Both the position numbers and the translations under genes were made by a program. Under the pieces are notes generated by a model. That model was not told the origin of the DNA. It made no database searches and saw only the letters and a list, made by a program, of their open reading frames with translations. From a bacterium (lineage in GTDB: Bacteria > Margulisbacteria > WOR-1 > O2-12-FULL-45-9 > XYB2-FULL-48-7): 64,000 bases of DNA. Positions 40,754 through 50,924 of the stretch are shown here, in pieces. The stretch spans positions 120-64,119 of the forward strand of contig JBDRLW010000009.1 in the NCBI GenBank assembly GCA_043812655.1. The letters are read 5' to 3'. Within the stretch, counting starts at the first letter, position 1. Every line of letters starts with the position of its first letter.

Positions 40754-41527
40754 TTATGACCGCCTCATCCACTGCACCCAAGAAGATTCCCCTGCCTGTT
40801 GGCGAATTTCCCGGCCGGTTAATTTTAAGAAAACCCCTTCAAGCGTTGTTTCGTTGTTTTTGTTTTTTAAATTTTCCGGTGTATCAAGGTCGACTATTTT
40901 TCCGTGGTCGATAATAGCGATCCGGTCGCAGACTTCGGCTTCCTGCATATAATGGGTAGTCATAAAGATAGTCAGCTTTTTTTCTTCCCTCATTTTTAAG
41001 ATATATTCCCAAATATGGGCGCGGGTTTGGGGATCAAGGCCAAGCGTCGGTTCATCCAGGAATAAAAGTTTGGGTTGATGCAATAATCCCCTAGCGATCT
41101 CCAACCGCCGCTTCATCCCGCCGGAGAACTTCCTCACAAATTCCTTCTTCCTCTCCTTTAATTCGACTAATTCTAAAACTTCTTCGATCCGCCGATCGAT
41201 CAAACGATGGTCCATGTTATAAAGATAGCCATGGAATTTCAGGTTATCTTCCGCAGTCAGGCGATCATCCAGCGAAGGATCCTGGAAAATGATCCCGATC
41301 TCCCGGCGCACCTGGTTCGGTTCTTTCGTGACATCACAGCAAGAAACAACAGCCTGGCCAGAAGTCGGCCGCAGGAGCGTGCAGAGCATATTAATCGTTG
41401 TCGTCTTTCCTGCCCCATTGGGCCCCAAAAAACCAAAGACCTCTCCTTTTTCTACTTCAAAGGAGATCCCATCAACCGCTGTAAAACTGTTGAATTTCTT
41501 GGTTAAATTATCAACTTTAATGATCAC
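40754..41527 (-). CDS. ABC transporter ATP-binding protein (DrrA/ABC-2 type)
   Basis: Walker A GPNGAGKTT, signature FSGGMKRRL and Walker B LLFLDEPT. Confidence 0.9.
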   Translation of the reverse strand: MIIKVDNLTKKFNSFTAVDGISFEVEKGEVFGFLGPNGAGKTTTINMLCTLLRPTSGQAVVSCCDVTKEPNQVRREIGIIFQDPSLDDRLTAEDNLKFHGYLYNMDHRLIDRRIEEVLELVELKERKKEFVRKFSGGMKRRLEIARGLLHQPKLLFLDEPTLGLDPQTRAHIWEYILKMREEKKLTIFMTTHYMQEAEVCDRIAIIDHGKIVDLDTPENLKNKNNETTLEGVFLKLTGREIRQQAGESSWVQWMRRS

Positions 41528-41611
41528 CGTGTAATTTTACCTTATCTTGGCCGCTTTGACTATCATTCCTTCACGTGATAAACTTTTTATTGTCCAAAGC
41601 AAGTCGAATGA

Positions 41612-41688
41612 CGGGGTGTAGCTTAGCTTGGTAGAGCGCCTGGTTTGGGACCAGGAGGTCGCTGGTTCAAATCCAGTCACCCCGACCA
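41612..41688 (+). tRNA. tRNA-Pro(UGG), CCA encoded
   Basis: Hand-folded cloverleaf. Acceptor cggggtg/caccccg, anticodon stem cctgg/ccagg with loop tttggga, T arm gctgg-ttcaaat-ccagt. Confidence 0.85.
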
Positions 41689-41732
41689 GAATGGATCAGG
41701 CGGGCTTGCCCGCCGAAGTCCGAAGGACGTAG

Positions 41733-41805
<73 letters not shown>

Positions 41806-41813
41806 TTTTTTAA

Positions 41814-41895
41814 GGGCGAGTGGCGGAACTGGCAGACGCGCTGGACTTAGGATCCAGTGGGTAAAACCATGGAGGTTCAACTCCTCTCTCGCCCA
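41814..41895 (+). tRNA. tRNA-Leu(UAG), long variable arm
   Basis: Acceptor gggcgag/ctcgccc, anticodon stem ctgga/tccag with loop cttagga, T arm ggagg-ttcaact-cctct. Confidence 0.85.
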
Positions 41896-41906
41896 TAAAA
41901 TATTGT

Positions 41907-41980
41907 GGGCCCGTAGCTCAGTTGGATAGAGCAACAGATTTCTAATCTGTTGGTCGGAGGTTCGATTCCTCTCGGGCCCG
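41907..41980 (+). tRNA. tRNA-Arg(UCU)
   Basis: Acceptor gggcccg/cgggccc, anticodon stem acaga/tctgt with loop tttctaa, T arm ggagg-ttcgatt-cctct. Confidence 0.85.
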
Positions 41981-41986
41981 TTTTGT

Positions 41987-42058
41987 GCGCCATTAGCTCA
42001 ATGGTAGAGCAGCTGACTCTTAATCAGTTGGTTGAAGGTTCAAGTCCTTCATGGCGCA
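41987..42058 (+). tRNA. tRNA-Lys(CUU)
   Basis: Acceptor gcgccat/atggcgc, anticodon loop ctcttaa, T arm gaagg-ttcaagt-ccttc. Confidence 0.8.
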
Positions 42059-42071
42059 GTTTTGTTCTCGC

Positions 42072-42146
42072 GGCGGCCATGGTGAAGTGGTATCACAGCA
42101 GATTGTGGATCTGTTATTACGGGTTCAATTCCCGTTGGCCGCCCCA
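42072..42146 (+). tRNA. tRNA-His(GUG) with encoded G-1 and CCA
   Basis: G-1 (42072) sits opposite C73 (42143). Acceptor gcggcca/tggccgc, anticodon loop ttgtgga, T arm acggg-ttcaatt-cccgt. Confidence 0.85.
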
Positions 42147-42152
42147 ATTCTT

Positions 42153-42926
42153 CTAAGGCAACATGACGTAGCGGGTTTTCTGGGTGCCGGTCCCGCTTTT
42201 AACGCTCACTTTGATCCGGTAAGCCTTCCAAATATTCTCTGGGGTAATGACTTTGGCTGGGGCTCCATCAGCGATCAGCTCCCCACCCTTCATTAATATC
42301 AGCTTCGTGCAAAATCGGGACGCAATATTAAGATCGTGAAAAGTCGCGATGATCGTCCGGTGGCTCCGCAACTTGCGCAAGAGCTTGCTGATCTTAACTT
42401 GATACCTGATATCAAGATGTGAGATCGGTTCATCAAGCAGCAGCAGCCTGGGCTCCTGGGCCAAGGCCCTGGCGATCGCCACCCGCTGGAATTCACCGCC
42501 TGAAAGCTCGGTTACCGGCCGATCGACCAGGTCTTCAATTTTTAATTCTTCGATCGCCCACTCGGCCGCTTCCCTATCATCCGGCTTATCAAAAGAAAAG
42601 CGCTCATAATATGGCGTGCGCCCCAAAAGGACTAGGTCCTCAACGGTAAAGCCGTCGATCGGTTCCATCAACTGGGGAACAAAAGCGACCAGTTTTGCCA
42701 GTTCCCGCCGTTCCAGATTTTCGATCTTGTGGTTGCCAATGTGGATGTCGCCGTTTTGGGGGCTAATTAAACCGACCAGAGTTCTAAGCAGCGTCGTCTT
42801 GCCCGAACCATTTGGCCCAACGATCCCAACGAATTGTCCCTCTTCAATATCAAAAGAGATATCTTTGATGATCTGTTTTTTCAGGTCATAGCCGCAGACC
42901 AGGTTCTCTACTTTTAAGATGCTCAT
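42153..42926 (-). CDS. iron-siderophore/cobalamin-type ABC transporter ATP-binding protein
   Basis: Walker A GPNGSGKTT, signature LSGGEFQRV and Walker B LLLLDEPISHLD; operon with a FecCD permease and a binding protein. Confidence 0.85.
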   Translation of the reverse strand: MSILKVENLVCGYDLKKQIIKDISFDIEEGQFVGIVGPNGSGKTTLLRTLVGLISPQNGDIHIGNHKIENLERRELAKLVAFVPQLMEPIDGFTVEDLVLLGRTPYYERFSFDKPDDREAAEWAIEELKIEDLVDRPVTELSGGEFQRVAIARALAQEPRLLLLDEPISHLDIRYQVKISKLLRKLRSHRTIIATFHDLNIASRFCTKLILMKGGELIADGAPAKVITPENIWKAYRIKVSVKSGTGTQKTRYVMLP

Positions 42927-43906
42927 TTGCCGCCTATCCGTTGGCGCCGTAATAAATAGAGGAAAAACGGCGCGCCCATAAGCGCCATCACGATCCCGAT
43001 CGGGATCTCGGTCGGCGCCAGGATCGTCCTGGAGATCGTATCAGCAATAACTAATAACAGCATGCCCGACAAGGCGGCAACCGGCACCAAATACCGGTGG
43101 TTCGGCCCAATTAAAAGCCTGATAAAATGCGGCACAATTAAGCCGACAAAACCGATCAAGCCAGAAACAGAAACTGCAGCCGCGGTCATGAGCGATGAAA
43201 CTATTACTAACGTCAGCCTTACCTTCTCAACGTCAACTCCCAGGGTCTGCGCCATTTCTTCGCCCAAAAGCAAAGCGTTAAGCTCCTTGGAAAAGAAATA
43301 AGCTACCCCAAAGCCCGCGATCGCGTATGGCGTAACGGTGATCACATTGCTCCAAGTGGCGGAAGACAGGCTCCCCAGGAGCCAAAAATAGATCGCTTGC
43401 AGATTCCCGGTCAGGATAATGATCAAAGCCAGGATCGCGGAACAAAAAGCCGATAAAGCCACTCCGGCTAAGATCAGGGTTTCGGGCGAAGTTTTTCCTG
43501 CCACTTGCGATAATTTATAAACGACATAAACAGCCATGAGGGAAAAGACAAAAGCCATCGCCGGGACCGAGCTCATCCCTAAAACAACAAATTGGGCGCC
43601 GATCACGATCGAGATCGCCGCGCCGACCGCGCCGCCGGCCGAGATCCCCAAAATATAAGGATCAGCAAGTGGATTACGCAGAACCCCCTGCAAAATAACG
43701 CCGGACAAAGCCAGCAGCAGCCCAACTAACGCCGACAGAATAACCCTGGGCAGCCTGATCTGCCAAAAAATGGTGCTATGCATTAATTCAGAGGGTGCGA
43801 TAAGGACCGAGCCCAAGAAAAAAGAAATTGCTATTGCTAAAAACAATAAAAGCAGCAGGACCGGAACAACCTTAAAAATATTTTGCGCCTTTCCTCTTCT
43901 AGCCAT
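42923..43906 (-). CDS. FecCD/BtuC-family ABC permease
   Basis: 327 aa, polytopic; RLPRVILSALVG...NPLADPYILGISAGG is typical of FecCD. Confidence 0.85.
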   Translation of the reverse strand: MARRGKAQNIFKVVPVLLLLLFLAIAISFFLGSVLIAPSELMHSTIFWQIRLPRVILSALVGLLLALSGVILQGVLRNPLADPYILGISAGGAVGAAISIVIGAQFVVLGMSSVPAMAFVFSLMAVYVVYKLSQVAGKTSPETLILAGVALSAFCSAILALIIILTGNLQAIYFWLLGSLSSATWSNVITVTPYAIAGFGVAYFFSKELNALLLGEEMAQTLGVDVEKVRLTLVIVSSLMTAAAVSVSGLIGFVGLIVPHFIRLLIGPNHRYLVPVAALSGMLLLVIADTISRTILAPTEIPIGIVMALMGAPFFLYLLRRQRIGGK

Positions 43907-44817
43907 TAGCGTCCATTGTAAATAAAATTAGAGACCAAGTCAATCGCTTCCACCACGCGAGGACCCGGCCGGGATAAGATATCCGGATCAATAAATAATA
44001 CTCTTTTCTCCCTGACCGCTTCCAGCGTTTCCCATTTTTTCAGCTCCCGTTTGCCAATAAGGCCAGCCGGAACAACAATATATGGAGGATTTTCATCGAC
44101 CAGCTTTTCAAAACTGTATTGCGGGTATGGGGCCATTGTCCCTTTTACCACGTTATCGACCCCTGCCCTGGAAATAATATCATCAATAAAAGTCCCTTTG
44201 CCGGCCACGATGATCGGGTTAACGCCAACCACGACCAAGGCTTTCCGTTTCTTGCTCCCCCGGCTCCATAATTTTATCACGTCGGCAAATGACGGTTTAA
44301 ATCTCTTGTTTTTATTTTCGACACGTTTTAATTTTTTCCTTAATTCACCAACTAACCGACCAGCCGACTTCCCCCTCCCTGTCACTTGCCCGATCATCTC
44401 AATGCTTTCAAGCACGCCGTTAACATTTTTGGGATTGATCGTTAAGACGTTAAGCTCCATCCTCCTGAATTTTTCGCTCTCTTTTTTTTGCGCTTCGCCC
44501 ATTAAGATCACAAGGTCTGGTTTAAGGGAAACGATCTTCTCAAGGTTGAGGAAAAAACCGCCGATCTTCTCTTTCTTTTTGGCAGCCGGCGGATAATTGC
44601 AGTTGGTCGTAACGCCGACGATCTGTTTATCAAGATCCAAAGCAAATAGAATTTCGGTGATCGAGGGCATGCACGAAACGATCCGTTGCGGAGGCGCGGC
44701 CAAAGTCGGTAGAACAAAAAGTAAAAGAAATAAAAAACTAACTTGGAACCTGCGACTGAAAGTCGCGGTTCCAAAAAAAGGAACCGAGGATTTTATTCTC
44801 AGGTTCCTACGAAACAT
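43906..44817 (-). CDS. ABC transporter periplasmic binding protein (BtuF/FhuD-like)
   Basis: Signal-like N-terminus, RIVSCMPSITEILFALDL...VGVT and KPDLVI motifs. Confidence 0.7.
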   Translation of the reverse strand: MFRRNLRIKSSVPFFGTATFSRRFQVSFLFLLLFVLPTLAAPPQRIVSCMPSITEILFALDLDKQIVGVTTNCNYPPAAKKKEKIGGFFLNLEKIVSLKPDLVILMGEAQKKESEKFRRMELNVLTINPKNVNGVLESIEMIGQVTGRGKSAGRLVGELRKKLKRVENKNKRFKPSFADVIKLWSRGSKKRKALVVVGVNPIIVAGKGTFIDDIISRAGVDNVVKGTMAPYPQYSFEKLVDENPPYIVVPAGLIGKRELKKWETLEAVREKRVLFIDPDILSRPGPRVVEAIDLVSNFIYNGR

Positions 44818-47038
44818 TAGGTTGAGGGATCCGCGGAGTTAAGATCTTGCGGGTTTTTAGTTCCCCTTCAGGAGCAGAAACGATCCCCGCTTCCTGCAAT
44901 TCATCCATTAGCCTGGCCGCCCGGTTGTAGCCGATCCGGAATTTCCGCTGGACAAAAGAAGTTGAAGCCTGGCCGCTTTGGGTCACGAGCTCTGCCACTT
45001 CGGCAAATAAAGCGTCTTGCCCCCCCGTCTCTCTTTCACCATTCCCTTTATCTTTGCCAAAATCGATCGCTTTGATCCCGATAATTTCTTCCAGGTATTC
45101 CGGTTCCGCCTGGTCTTTGACGAATTTAATGATCTTTTCCGTCTCTTTGTCAGAGACAAAAGAACCTTGCGCCCTGGTCGGCTTCATCGCTCCGATCGGG
45201 TTGTAAAGCATGTCTCCCCGGCCAAGTAATTTTTCCGCCCCCGATGAATCAAGGATAACCCGGGAATCTATCTGTGTTGCGACAGCAAAAGCGATCCGCG
45301 ACGGGATATTAGCTTTTATCAAACCGGTGATAACATCGACCGATGGCCGCTGGGTAGCGATCACCAAATGGATCCCGGTCGCTCTGGCCAGCTGGGCGAT
45401 CCGGCAGATCGAAGTTTCAACTTCGTTCGCCGCGATCATCATCAGGTCGGCCAACTCATCTATAATAACTATGATATATGGGAGCGGCGCTTCATCGTCT
45501 TTAAGCTTGTGGTTATAAGCTTGGATATTCCGCGCCCCGCTCTCGTGGAAAGTCTTATACCGACGTTCCATCTCTTTAATCACCCATTCCCGAAGAGTCG
45601 CCGAAGCTCGTCTGGCATCGGTCACGACAGGAGCGAGCAAATGGGCGATCCCGTCATAGATCGAAAGCTCGACCATTTTTGGGTCGATCATCAGCATCTT
45701 AACCTCATCGGGCCGCGCCCGAAGCAGGATGCTGGTGATCAACGAATTAATGCAAACACTCTTACCGGAACCAGTAGTCCCAGCGATTAAAAGGTGGGGC
45801 ATTTTACCTAAGTCACCATAGATCGGCGCGCCAGCCAGGTCTTTTCCAAGAGCTACGACCAATTTTGAAGGATTATTCTTAAATTCATTAGTCTTAACGA
45901 TCTCTTTAAGCCTAACCGGGGAAATAGTCGCGTTAGGGACTTCGATGCCAACGACCGATTTTCCAGGGACAGGCGCTTCGATCCTGACCCCTTGGGCGGC
46001 CAGGTTAAGCGCTATGTCATCAGCCAAGTTGGCGATCCGGCTTACTTTAACTCCCGGTTCCGGTTGTAATTCATAGCGGGTGACCGCCGGGCCTTGGAAG
46101 ATCGAAACAACATGCGCCCCTACGCCAAAACTGCGAAGAGCTTCTTCTAACAATTTTCGGCGGAGCTCGGTCGTCTCTTTTAGCCGCTCCGCTTGTTGGC
46201 GTTCTTTGGCCGGCGTGTCATCAAGCAGGTCGAGCGGCGGTAATTTATATTTTGAGTATGATTGCCCTTGGGAATCAGCCGTAATGATCTTTACTTTAGA
46301 CGCAGGCGCCTCGGCATCCGTCTCGAATTTAGGCAGAGGGAATTCAATTACCGCTTGCCGCGCCGGCTCTTCGGCGGCAGGAATTGGCGGTGGCGGAACG
46401 TGCTGGACAGAAGCAGTCTCTTTTTCATATTGGGCCATCATCTTTGCGGCTTGATTTTGGGCCGCAGCCTGCTTCTTGGTCGATTCAGTTTTCTCTAATT
46501 TAAACAAGCCAACAACTAAAGCCACCAAACTATGAAAAGTAATATTTAAGACCAGCAAGATCGAAATAAAACTTAAGGCAATCAATAAAACAGTTGATCC
46601 AGCTAACCCGATCGTATTTTCGAGAAAAGATTTGAACGCGTAGCCGATCGCCCCACCCGCCCCTTGGGCCACTTCATATTTCAACGCCCCAACATAATAT
46701 TTTGGATATAAATATTGGGCGACAGTAATAAAAGTGAGGAACATTAAGAATAACCCGGTCAATCTGACCTGGAGTTCCTTGACTTCATGGCGCAAAAGCA
46801 TTATTAAGCCATAAATACCGATAAAAAAAGGAAGCCAAAGCACTCCTATCCCAATGATAGAACGGAGAGCTTTATTAACGATAAAGACACCGACTAAGCC
46901 GGTTAAAGAAGAATGGTTAGCGATAAAAACAAAGATCGCCACCGCGATAAGCAAGATCCCGATAATATCTTGTTTGAATTTAGACGGCAGGGAGGCGGCT
47001 TCCCCTCGTTTTCCGTTGCTTTTTTTCTTTGGCGGCAT
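44807..47038 (-). CDS. ftsK: DNA translocase FtsK/SpoIIIE
   Basis: N-terminal TM helices, a linker, a motor domain with Walker A GTTGSGKS and VIIDELADLMM, and a C-terminal gamma winged-helix (QRKFRIGYNRAARLMDELQEAGIV). Confidence 0.92.
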   Translation of the reverse strand: MPPKKKSNGKRGEAASLPSKFKQDIIGILLIAVAIFVFIANHSSLTGLVGVFIVNKALRSIIGIGVLWLPFFIGIYGLIMLLRHEVKELQVRLTGLFLMFLTFITVAQYLYPKYYVGALKYEVAQGAGGAIGYAFKSFLENTIGLAGSTVLLIALSFISILLVLNITFHSLVALVVGLFKLEKTESTKKQAAAQNQAAKMMAQYEKETASVQHVPPPPIPAAEEPARQAVIEFPLPKFETDAEAPASKVKIITADSQGQSYSKYKLPPLDLLDDTPAKERQQAERLKETTELRRKLLEEALRSFGVGAHVVSIFQGPAVTRYELQPEPGVKVSRIANLADDIALNLAAQGVRIEAPVPGKSVVGIEVPNATISPVRLKEIVKTNEFKNNPSKLVVALGKDLAGAPIYGDLGKMPHLLIAGTTGSGKSVCINSLITSILLRARPDEVKMLMIDPKMVELSIYDGIAHLLAPVVTDARRASATLREWVIKEMERRYKTFHESGARNIQAYNHKLKDDEAPLPYIIVIIDELADLMMIAANEVETSICRIAQLARATGIHLVIATQRPSVDVITGLIKANIPSRIAFAVATQIDSRVILDSSGAEKLLGRGDMLYNPIGAMKPTRAQGSFVSDKETEKIIKFVKDQAEPEYLEEIIGIKAIDFGKDKGNGERETGGQDALFAEVAELVTQSGQASTSFVQRKFRIGYNRAARLMDELQEAGIVSAPEGELKTRKILTPRIPQPNVS

Positions 47039-47088
47039 TACTAAAAAAGTATACCATACCCAAAAATAAATGACTAATTACTAATTAC

Positions 47089-47637
47089 CTAGAAGTAGTA
47101 CGAGGCCGTCGCCTTTAGTCCAAGCGCGCTATCAAGACCGAGCGTCCCCTGGACAGGGCCAAAATCCTTGCCGATAAAAAAACCAATACCAAACAAGCTC
47201 TTGCTGCTGGGCTTAATGATCGATAGATCAACGACAGCTGAATACATGGCATAAGTTAGACCAACGCCATAAAATAAGTTATTCGAGCCGAAGGAAAGTT
47301 TAGCCGGCTCAAGGACAACTACGTTATAACCATTCCCTAAACCAAAGCCAATCCCTGCCCCATAATTCATCCCCTTAGCGATTGGTTTTTCCAGTCCTAA
47401 CTGGACTAAGGCACCACCACCGCCAAATCCCCCCTCAACAAGGAAAGACATTTTATTGGCAGCCGGTTTTACTTCCGGCTGGCTTTTCATGACTTTTTTG
47501 ATCGTATTAACCTTCGCTCCCGCTTTAGGGAATACCGGTTTTGGCCCCTTATAAACTTTTTTCTTCGCCGCCATAGATGTCCCCGAAAGCGGAACTAAAA
47601 GTGCCAAAAGCAGTAAACCAGACAATATCTTTTTCAT
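47089..47637 (-). CDS. small Gly-rich outer-membrane beta-barrel-like protein
   Basis: Signal peptide, a Lys-rich linker, Gly/aromatic alternating strands and a C-terminal ...ASYYF. Confidence 0.45.
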   Translation of the reverse strand: MKKILSGLLLLALLVPLSGTSMAAKKKVYKGPKPVFPKAGAKVNTIKKVMKSQPEVKPAANKMSFLVEGGFGGGGALVQLGLEKPIAKGMNYGAGIGFGLGNGYNVVVLEPAKLSFGSNNLFYGVGLTYAMYSAVVDLSIIKPSSKSLFGIGFFIGKDFGPVQGTLGLDSALGLKATASYYF

Positions 47638-48521
47638 TTTTTTACCTCCTTATTTTTCTCCAGCTTTGACCACCAAACTAACAAGGGCGGCGCAACACAA
47701 AGAGAAGAATACGCCCCGAACATCAAGCCGATCAACAGGGTAAGAGAAAAATCACGCAAAGTCTCGCCGCCTAAAAAGAGAAGGCACAAGACAACAACGA
47801 TCACCGTTAATACCGTGTTGATCGAGCGGGCCATCGTCTCTCTGATGCTGATATTCACCACTTCGCTTAGCTTTTTTTTGGCCAGCGCCGGTTTCTTCAG
47901 GTTTTCCCTGACCCGGTCATAGATGACGATCGTATCGTTAATAGAATACCCCATTATCGTTAAGATCGCGGCGATAAAGGGGACATCGACCGTCCGCCAA
48001 AAAAGAGCGATCAAGCCGGTAGCAATTATAGCGTCATGGTAAAGAGCCAGGAGCGCGGTCACCGCGTATTTAAATTCAAAACGGAAAGATACATATATAA
48101 TAATCCCGATCGAAGCGATAATTAAGGCCCAGATCGCCTGGCGCGCCAGTTCTTTGCCAATTGTCGGGCCGATGATATCAGCCTCAAGTATTTCGGAATC
48201 GCCGATCTTTTCCCCCATTGCTTTTAACAAGCCGGTCCTGGTCTCGTTCTCCATTGGCACCGTCCGGATCAAAATATCTTTGTCGCCGGATTTCTGGATA
48301 ATGCTCTCACCTAAATTAAACTTATCCAAAACTTCCCTGACCGCGGCAACGCCAACCGGCTTTTCAAACCTAAGGTTAAGCAATGTCCCGCCGGTAAAAT
48401 CGATCCCAAAATTCATCGGTTTACCATGGATAAAAGTATTAAAACAAAAAGCAAAAACCGCCAAGCCTACCATGGTCAGTGAAAAAGTCAGCCATATTTT
48501 ACTGTTTTTAATAAAATCCAT
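47634..48521 (-). CDS. secF: protein translocase subunit SecF
   Basis: GIDFTGGTLLNLRF..., six TM helices, directly downstream of secD. Confidence 0.9.
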   Translation of the reverse strand: MDFIKNSKIWLTFSLTMVGLAVFAFCFNTFIHGKPMNFGIDFTGGTLLNLRFEKPVGVAAVREVLDKFNLGESIIQKSGDKDILIRTVPMENETRTGLLKAMGEKIGDSEILEADIIGPTIGKELARQAIWALIIASIGIIIYVSFRFEFKYAVTALLALYHDAIIATGLIALFWRTVDVPFIAAILTIMGYSINDTIVIYDRVRENLKKPALAKKKLSEVVNISIRETMARSINTVLTVIVVVLCLLFLGGETLRDFSLTLLIGLMFGAYSSLCVAPPLLVWWSKLEKNKEVKK

Positions 48522-48522
48522 A

Positions 48523-49845
48523 TTATTTATAAAGCAACCTTGACTTTGGATTCATTACGATCTTGGTATCAACTAACATATCCATCATGACACGCGTTAG
48601 GATCAGCGCCGTAAACATTGACGCTAAAATACCGACAGTTAAGGTAACGGCAAAACCCTTGATCGTCCCGGTACCGACAAAGAAAAGCGTCAGCGCCGCG
48701 ATGATGGTAGTAACGTTTGAATCAAGGATCGCGGTAAAGGCCCGCTGGAAAGAGGCTTCGATCGAAGCTTTTACTGTTTTCCCCAGCCTAAGTTCTTCTT
48801 TCAACCGCTCAAAAATAATAATATTGGCATCAACGGCCATACCGATAGAGAGAAGGAACCCAGCGATCCCAGGCAAGGTTAAGGTGGTATGTATAAGTGA
48901 AAGACAAGCCAAGGTCAACGGAATATAAAGACCTAAGGCGATATCAGCTAAAAAACCAGGCAGCCGATAGTATAGGACCATAAAGGCAATAATGATAGCG
49001 AAACCGATTATCCCGGCAATTTTACTCCGGTCGATCGAATCTTTTCCCAGCGACGGGCCGACGATCCTGGTCTCAACCAATTTTACCGGGAGCGGAAGCG
49101 CGCCAGCCTTTAGCTTGATGATTAGGTCTTGGACCTCCTCAGCCGAAAAACTTCCCGAAATTTGCGCTCTCCCCGAAGGTATCGGCTCCCTGACGTTGGG
49201 AGCAGAAATGATCTTATTGTCCAAGATGATCGCGATCGGTTTGCCAACGGAACGGGCGGTAACTTGGGCAAAGATCTCAGCGCCTTTTGAATTAAACTCA
49301 ATATCAATGACGGGGTTGCCATATTGGTCTAACCCTGGCCACGCTCCTTTTAGATCGGCCCCGGTAATTACAGATTTTTTAAGAATTATCGGCCGTTCAG
49401 AATCCCGTTCTCCTTTAAAGATCGCGATCTTGGCTTCCGGCCCATAAAATTCTTTTAATTTTGTTTCCGATACTGTCCTAGCATCACCCGGAGACCATTC
49501 CGCTTCAACAAATTCAAGCAGTGCGGTGTCGCCAATGACCTTGATCGCCCGTTCAGGATCTTTGATCCCGGGAAGCTCAACAATGACCTGGTCTTTCCCT
49601 TTCGGTTGGATCGTCGGTTCGGTTACACCCAAAGCGTCGATCCGGTTGCGGATAACGGCTACCACGCCGTGCATCGCGTCCTCGGAAACTTTAATTTTTT
49701 CGGTCGGTACCCCTTCAAGGACCAAGCGGGTCCCACCCTGAAGATCAAGGCCAAGGGTGATCGGCATTTGCATAATGATGTAGACAGCTATGCCAAGCAC
49801 GGCAAGGAGGATTAGGGCCCTAAATTGGTTAATGTTTTTCCCCAT
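48523..49845 (-). CDS. secD: protein translocase subunit SecD
   Basis: LGLDLQGGTRLVLEG..., periplasmic domain and C-terminal six TM helices. ATG at 49845; the track ORF begins at the TTG at 49851. Confidence 0.9.
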   Translation of the reverse strand: MGKNINQFRALILLAVLGIAVYIIMQMPITLGLDLQGGTRLVLEGVPTEKIKVSEDAMHGVVAVIRNRIDALGVTEPTIQPKGKDQVIVELPGIKDPERAIKVIGDTALLEFVEAEWSPGDARTVSETKLKEFYGPEAKIAIFKGERDSERPIILKKSVITGADLKGAWPGLDQYGNPVIDIEFNSKGAEIFAQVTARSVGKPIAIILDNKIISAPNVREPIPSGRAQISGSFSAEEVQDLIIKLKAGALPLPVKLVETRIVGPSLGKDSIDRSKIAGIIGFAIIIAFMVLYYRLPGFLADIALGLYIPLTLACLSLIHTTLTLPGIAGFLLSIGMAVDANIIIFERLKEELRLGKTVKASIEASFQRAFTAILDSNVTTIIAALTLFFVGTGTIKGFAVTLTVGILASMFTALILTRVMMDMLVDTKIVMNPKSRLLYK

Positions 49846-49883
49846 CGCCAAATACTATACCATAATCACGAATAAAAATAAAA

Positions 49884-50642
49884 TTACAATTCTATTCTCA
49901 AACCATCGGTAGCCGCGATCACTTTTAATTTTAGCTCCTTGCCAAGGGCTTCAGCCACTAACCACGGCTTGGCTTTTATCATCGACATTCCAAAATGGGT
50001 CAAGATCGTCGTTTTAGGTTTTAGCTTCTTAATTATCCGCCTGACATCCTCCATGTTCAAATGGTCAAAAGGCAGACACTCTTGGCTCAATACGCTAATT
50101 ATCACAATATCATTTCCATATTTATTGATGATCCCTGAAAAATATTTAGTATCGGTGATATAAGAGATCGTCCGTTCCTTCCCTTTTATTATCAAGCCAT
50201 AGGTCTCTCCCCCATGAAGATGTTTGGCCGCCGCTTTTATTTTTAAGTCGCCTACGGAGTTTGTCTTCCCAATCTTTAATGTCTTAATTTCATCAACGTA
50301 AGACCTGACATATTTGTAAATGACCGGATCATTCCCCGAGAGCGCATCTGCCGGGACTAGAACGATCCCCTTTTTTGCTCTTCCCCCCAAACTCATCGCT
50401 TCCATCATTACATTAATGTCCGCCGAGTGGTCAAGATGTTTATGGGAAAGGACGATGCCGTCTAAAGTGGTCGGGTCTAATTTAGGGCGAGAGGAAAGAG
50501 CGTGGACCAACGAGCCTGGCCCGGGATCGAGCAAAAGGTTGGTCCCGTCAAGTGACAGCCAGATGCCGCCCGAAGCCCGAAGTTGCTTGGCGACAACAAC
50601 TCTTGCCCCTGCTGTTCCCAGAAATTTGATAAAGTTTTTCAT
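49884..50642 (-). CDS. MBL-fold metallo-hydrolase
   Basis: MKNFIKFLGTAGARV... and the HKHLDHSAD (HxHxDH) motif. The track ORF (to 50801) is extended 5' through the tRNA-fragment repeats, so the ATG at 50642 was chosen. Confidence 0.7.
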   Translation of the reverse strand: MKNFIKFLGTAGARVVVAKQLRASGGIWLSLDGTNLLLDPGPGSLVHALSSRPKLDPTTLDGIVLSHKHLDHSADINVMMEAMSLGGRAKKGIVLVPADALSGNDPVIYKYVRSYVDEIKTLKIGKTNSVGDLKIKAAAKHLHGGETYGLIIKGKERTISYITDTKYFSGIINKYGNDIVIISVLSQECLPFDHLNMEDVRRIIKKLKPKTTILTHFGMSMIKAKPWLVAEALGKELKLKVIAATDGLRIEL

Positions 50643-50690
50643 TTTCAAACTGCGCCTGGCGGGATTTTCCCGATGCTCGCTTCGCTCGAT

Positions 50691-50788
50691 CGGGATCCCG
50701 ACATTCGACTTCGTCGAATCGTCGGGACTTCGGAACCCTTGTCTCTCGTTAATTTGCGCCCGGCGGGATTTGAACCCACAACCCTTAG
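50691..50788. repeat. 98-nt direct repeat, copy 1 (tRNA-Arg 3' portion plus downstream palindrome)
   Basis: Identical on visual comparison to 50827-50924: cgggatcccgacattcgacttcgtcgaatcgtcgggacttcggaacccttgtctctcgttaatttgcgcccggcgggatttgaacccacaacccttag. Confidence 0.9.
50755..50788 (-). pseudogene. tRNA-Arg(CCG) 3' fragment (T arm plus acceptor 3' strand)
   Basis: It matches the 3' ~34 nt of the intact tRNA at 50891-50964 and diverges at the anticodon stem. Confidence 0.85.
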
Positions 50789-50826
50789 TCCCGATGGTCA
50801 TTATAATATGCTTATTATGGAATCAT

Positions 50827-50924
50827 CGGGATCCCGACATTCGACTTCGTCGAATCGTCGGGACTTCGGAACCCTTGTCTCTCGTTAATTTGCGCCCGGC
50901 GGGATTTGAACCCACAACCCTTAG
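50827..50924. repeat. 98-nt direct repeat, copy 2 (overlaps the intact tRNA-Arg 3' end)
   Basis: See copy 1; the copies are separated by 38 nt. Confidence 0.9.

Noticed and set aside
44807-44900. A cobalamin riboswitch upstream of the btuF/fecCD/ATPase operon
   Set aside because: The binding-protein gene start overlaps the ftsK stop, which leaves no leader long enough for a riboswitch.
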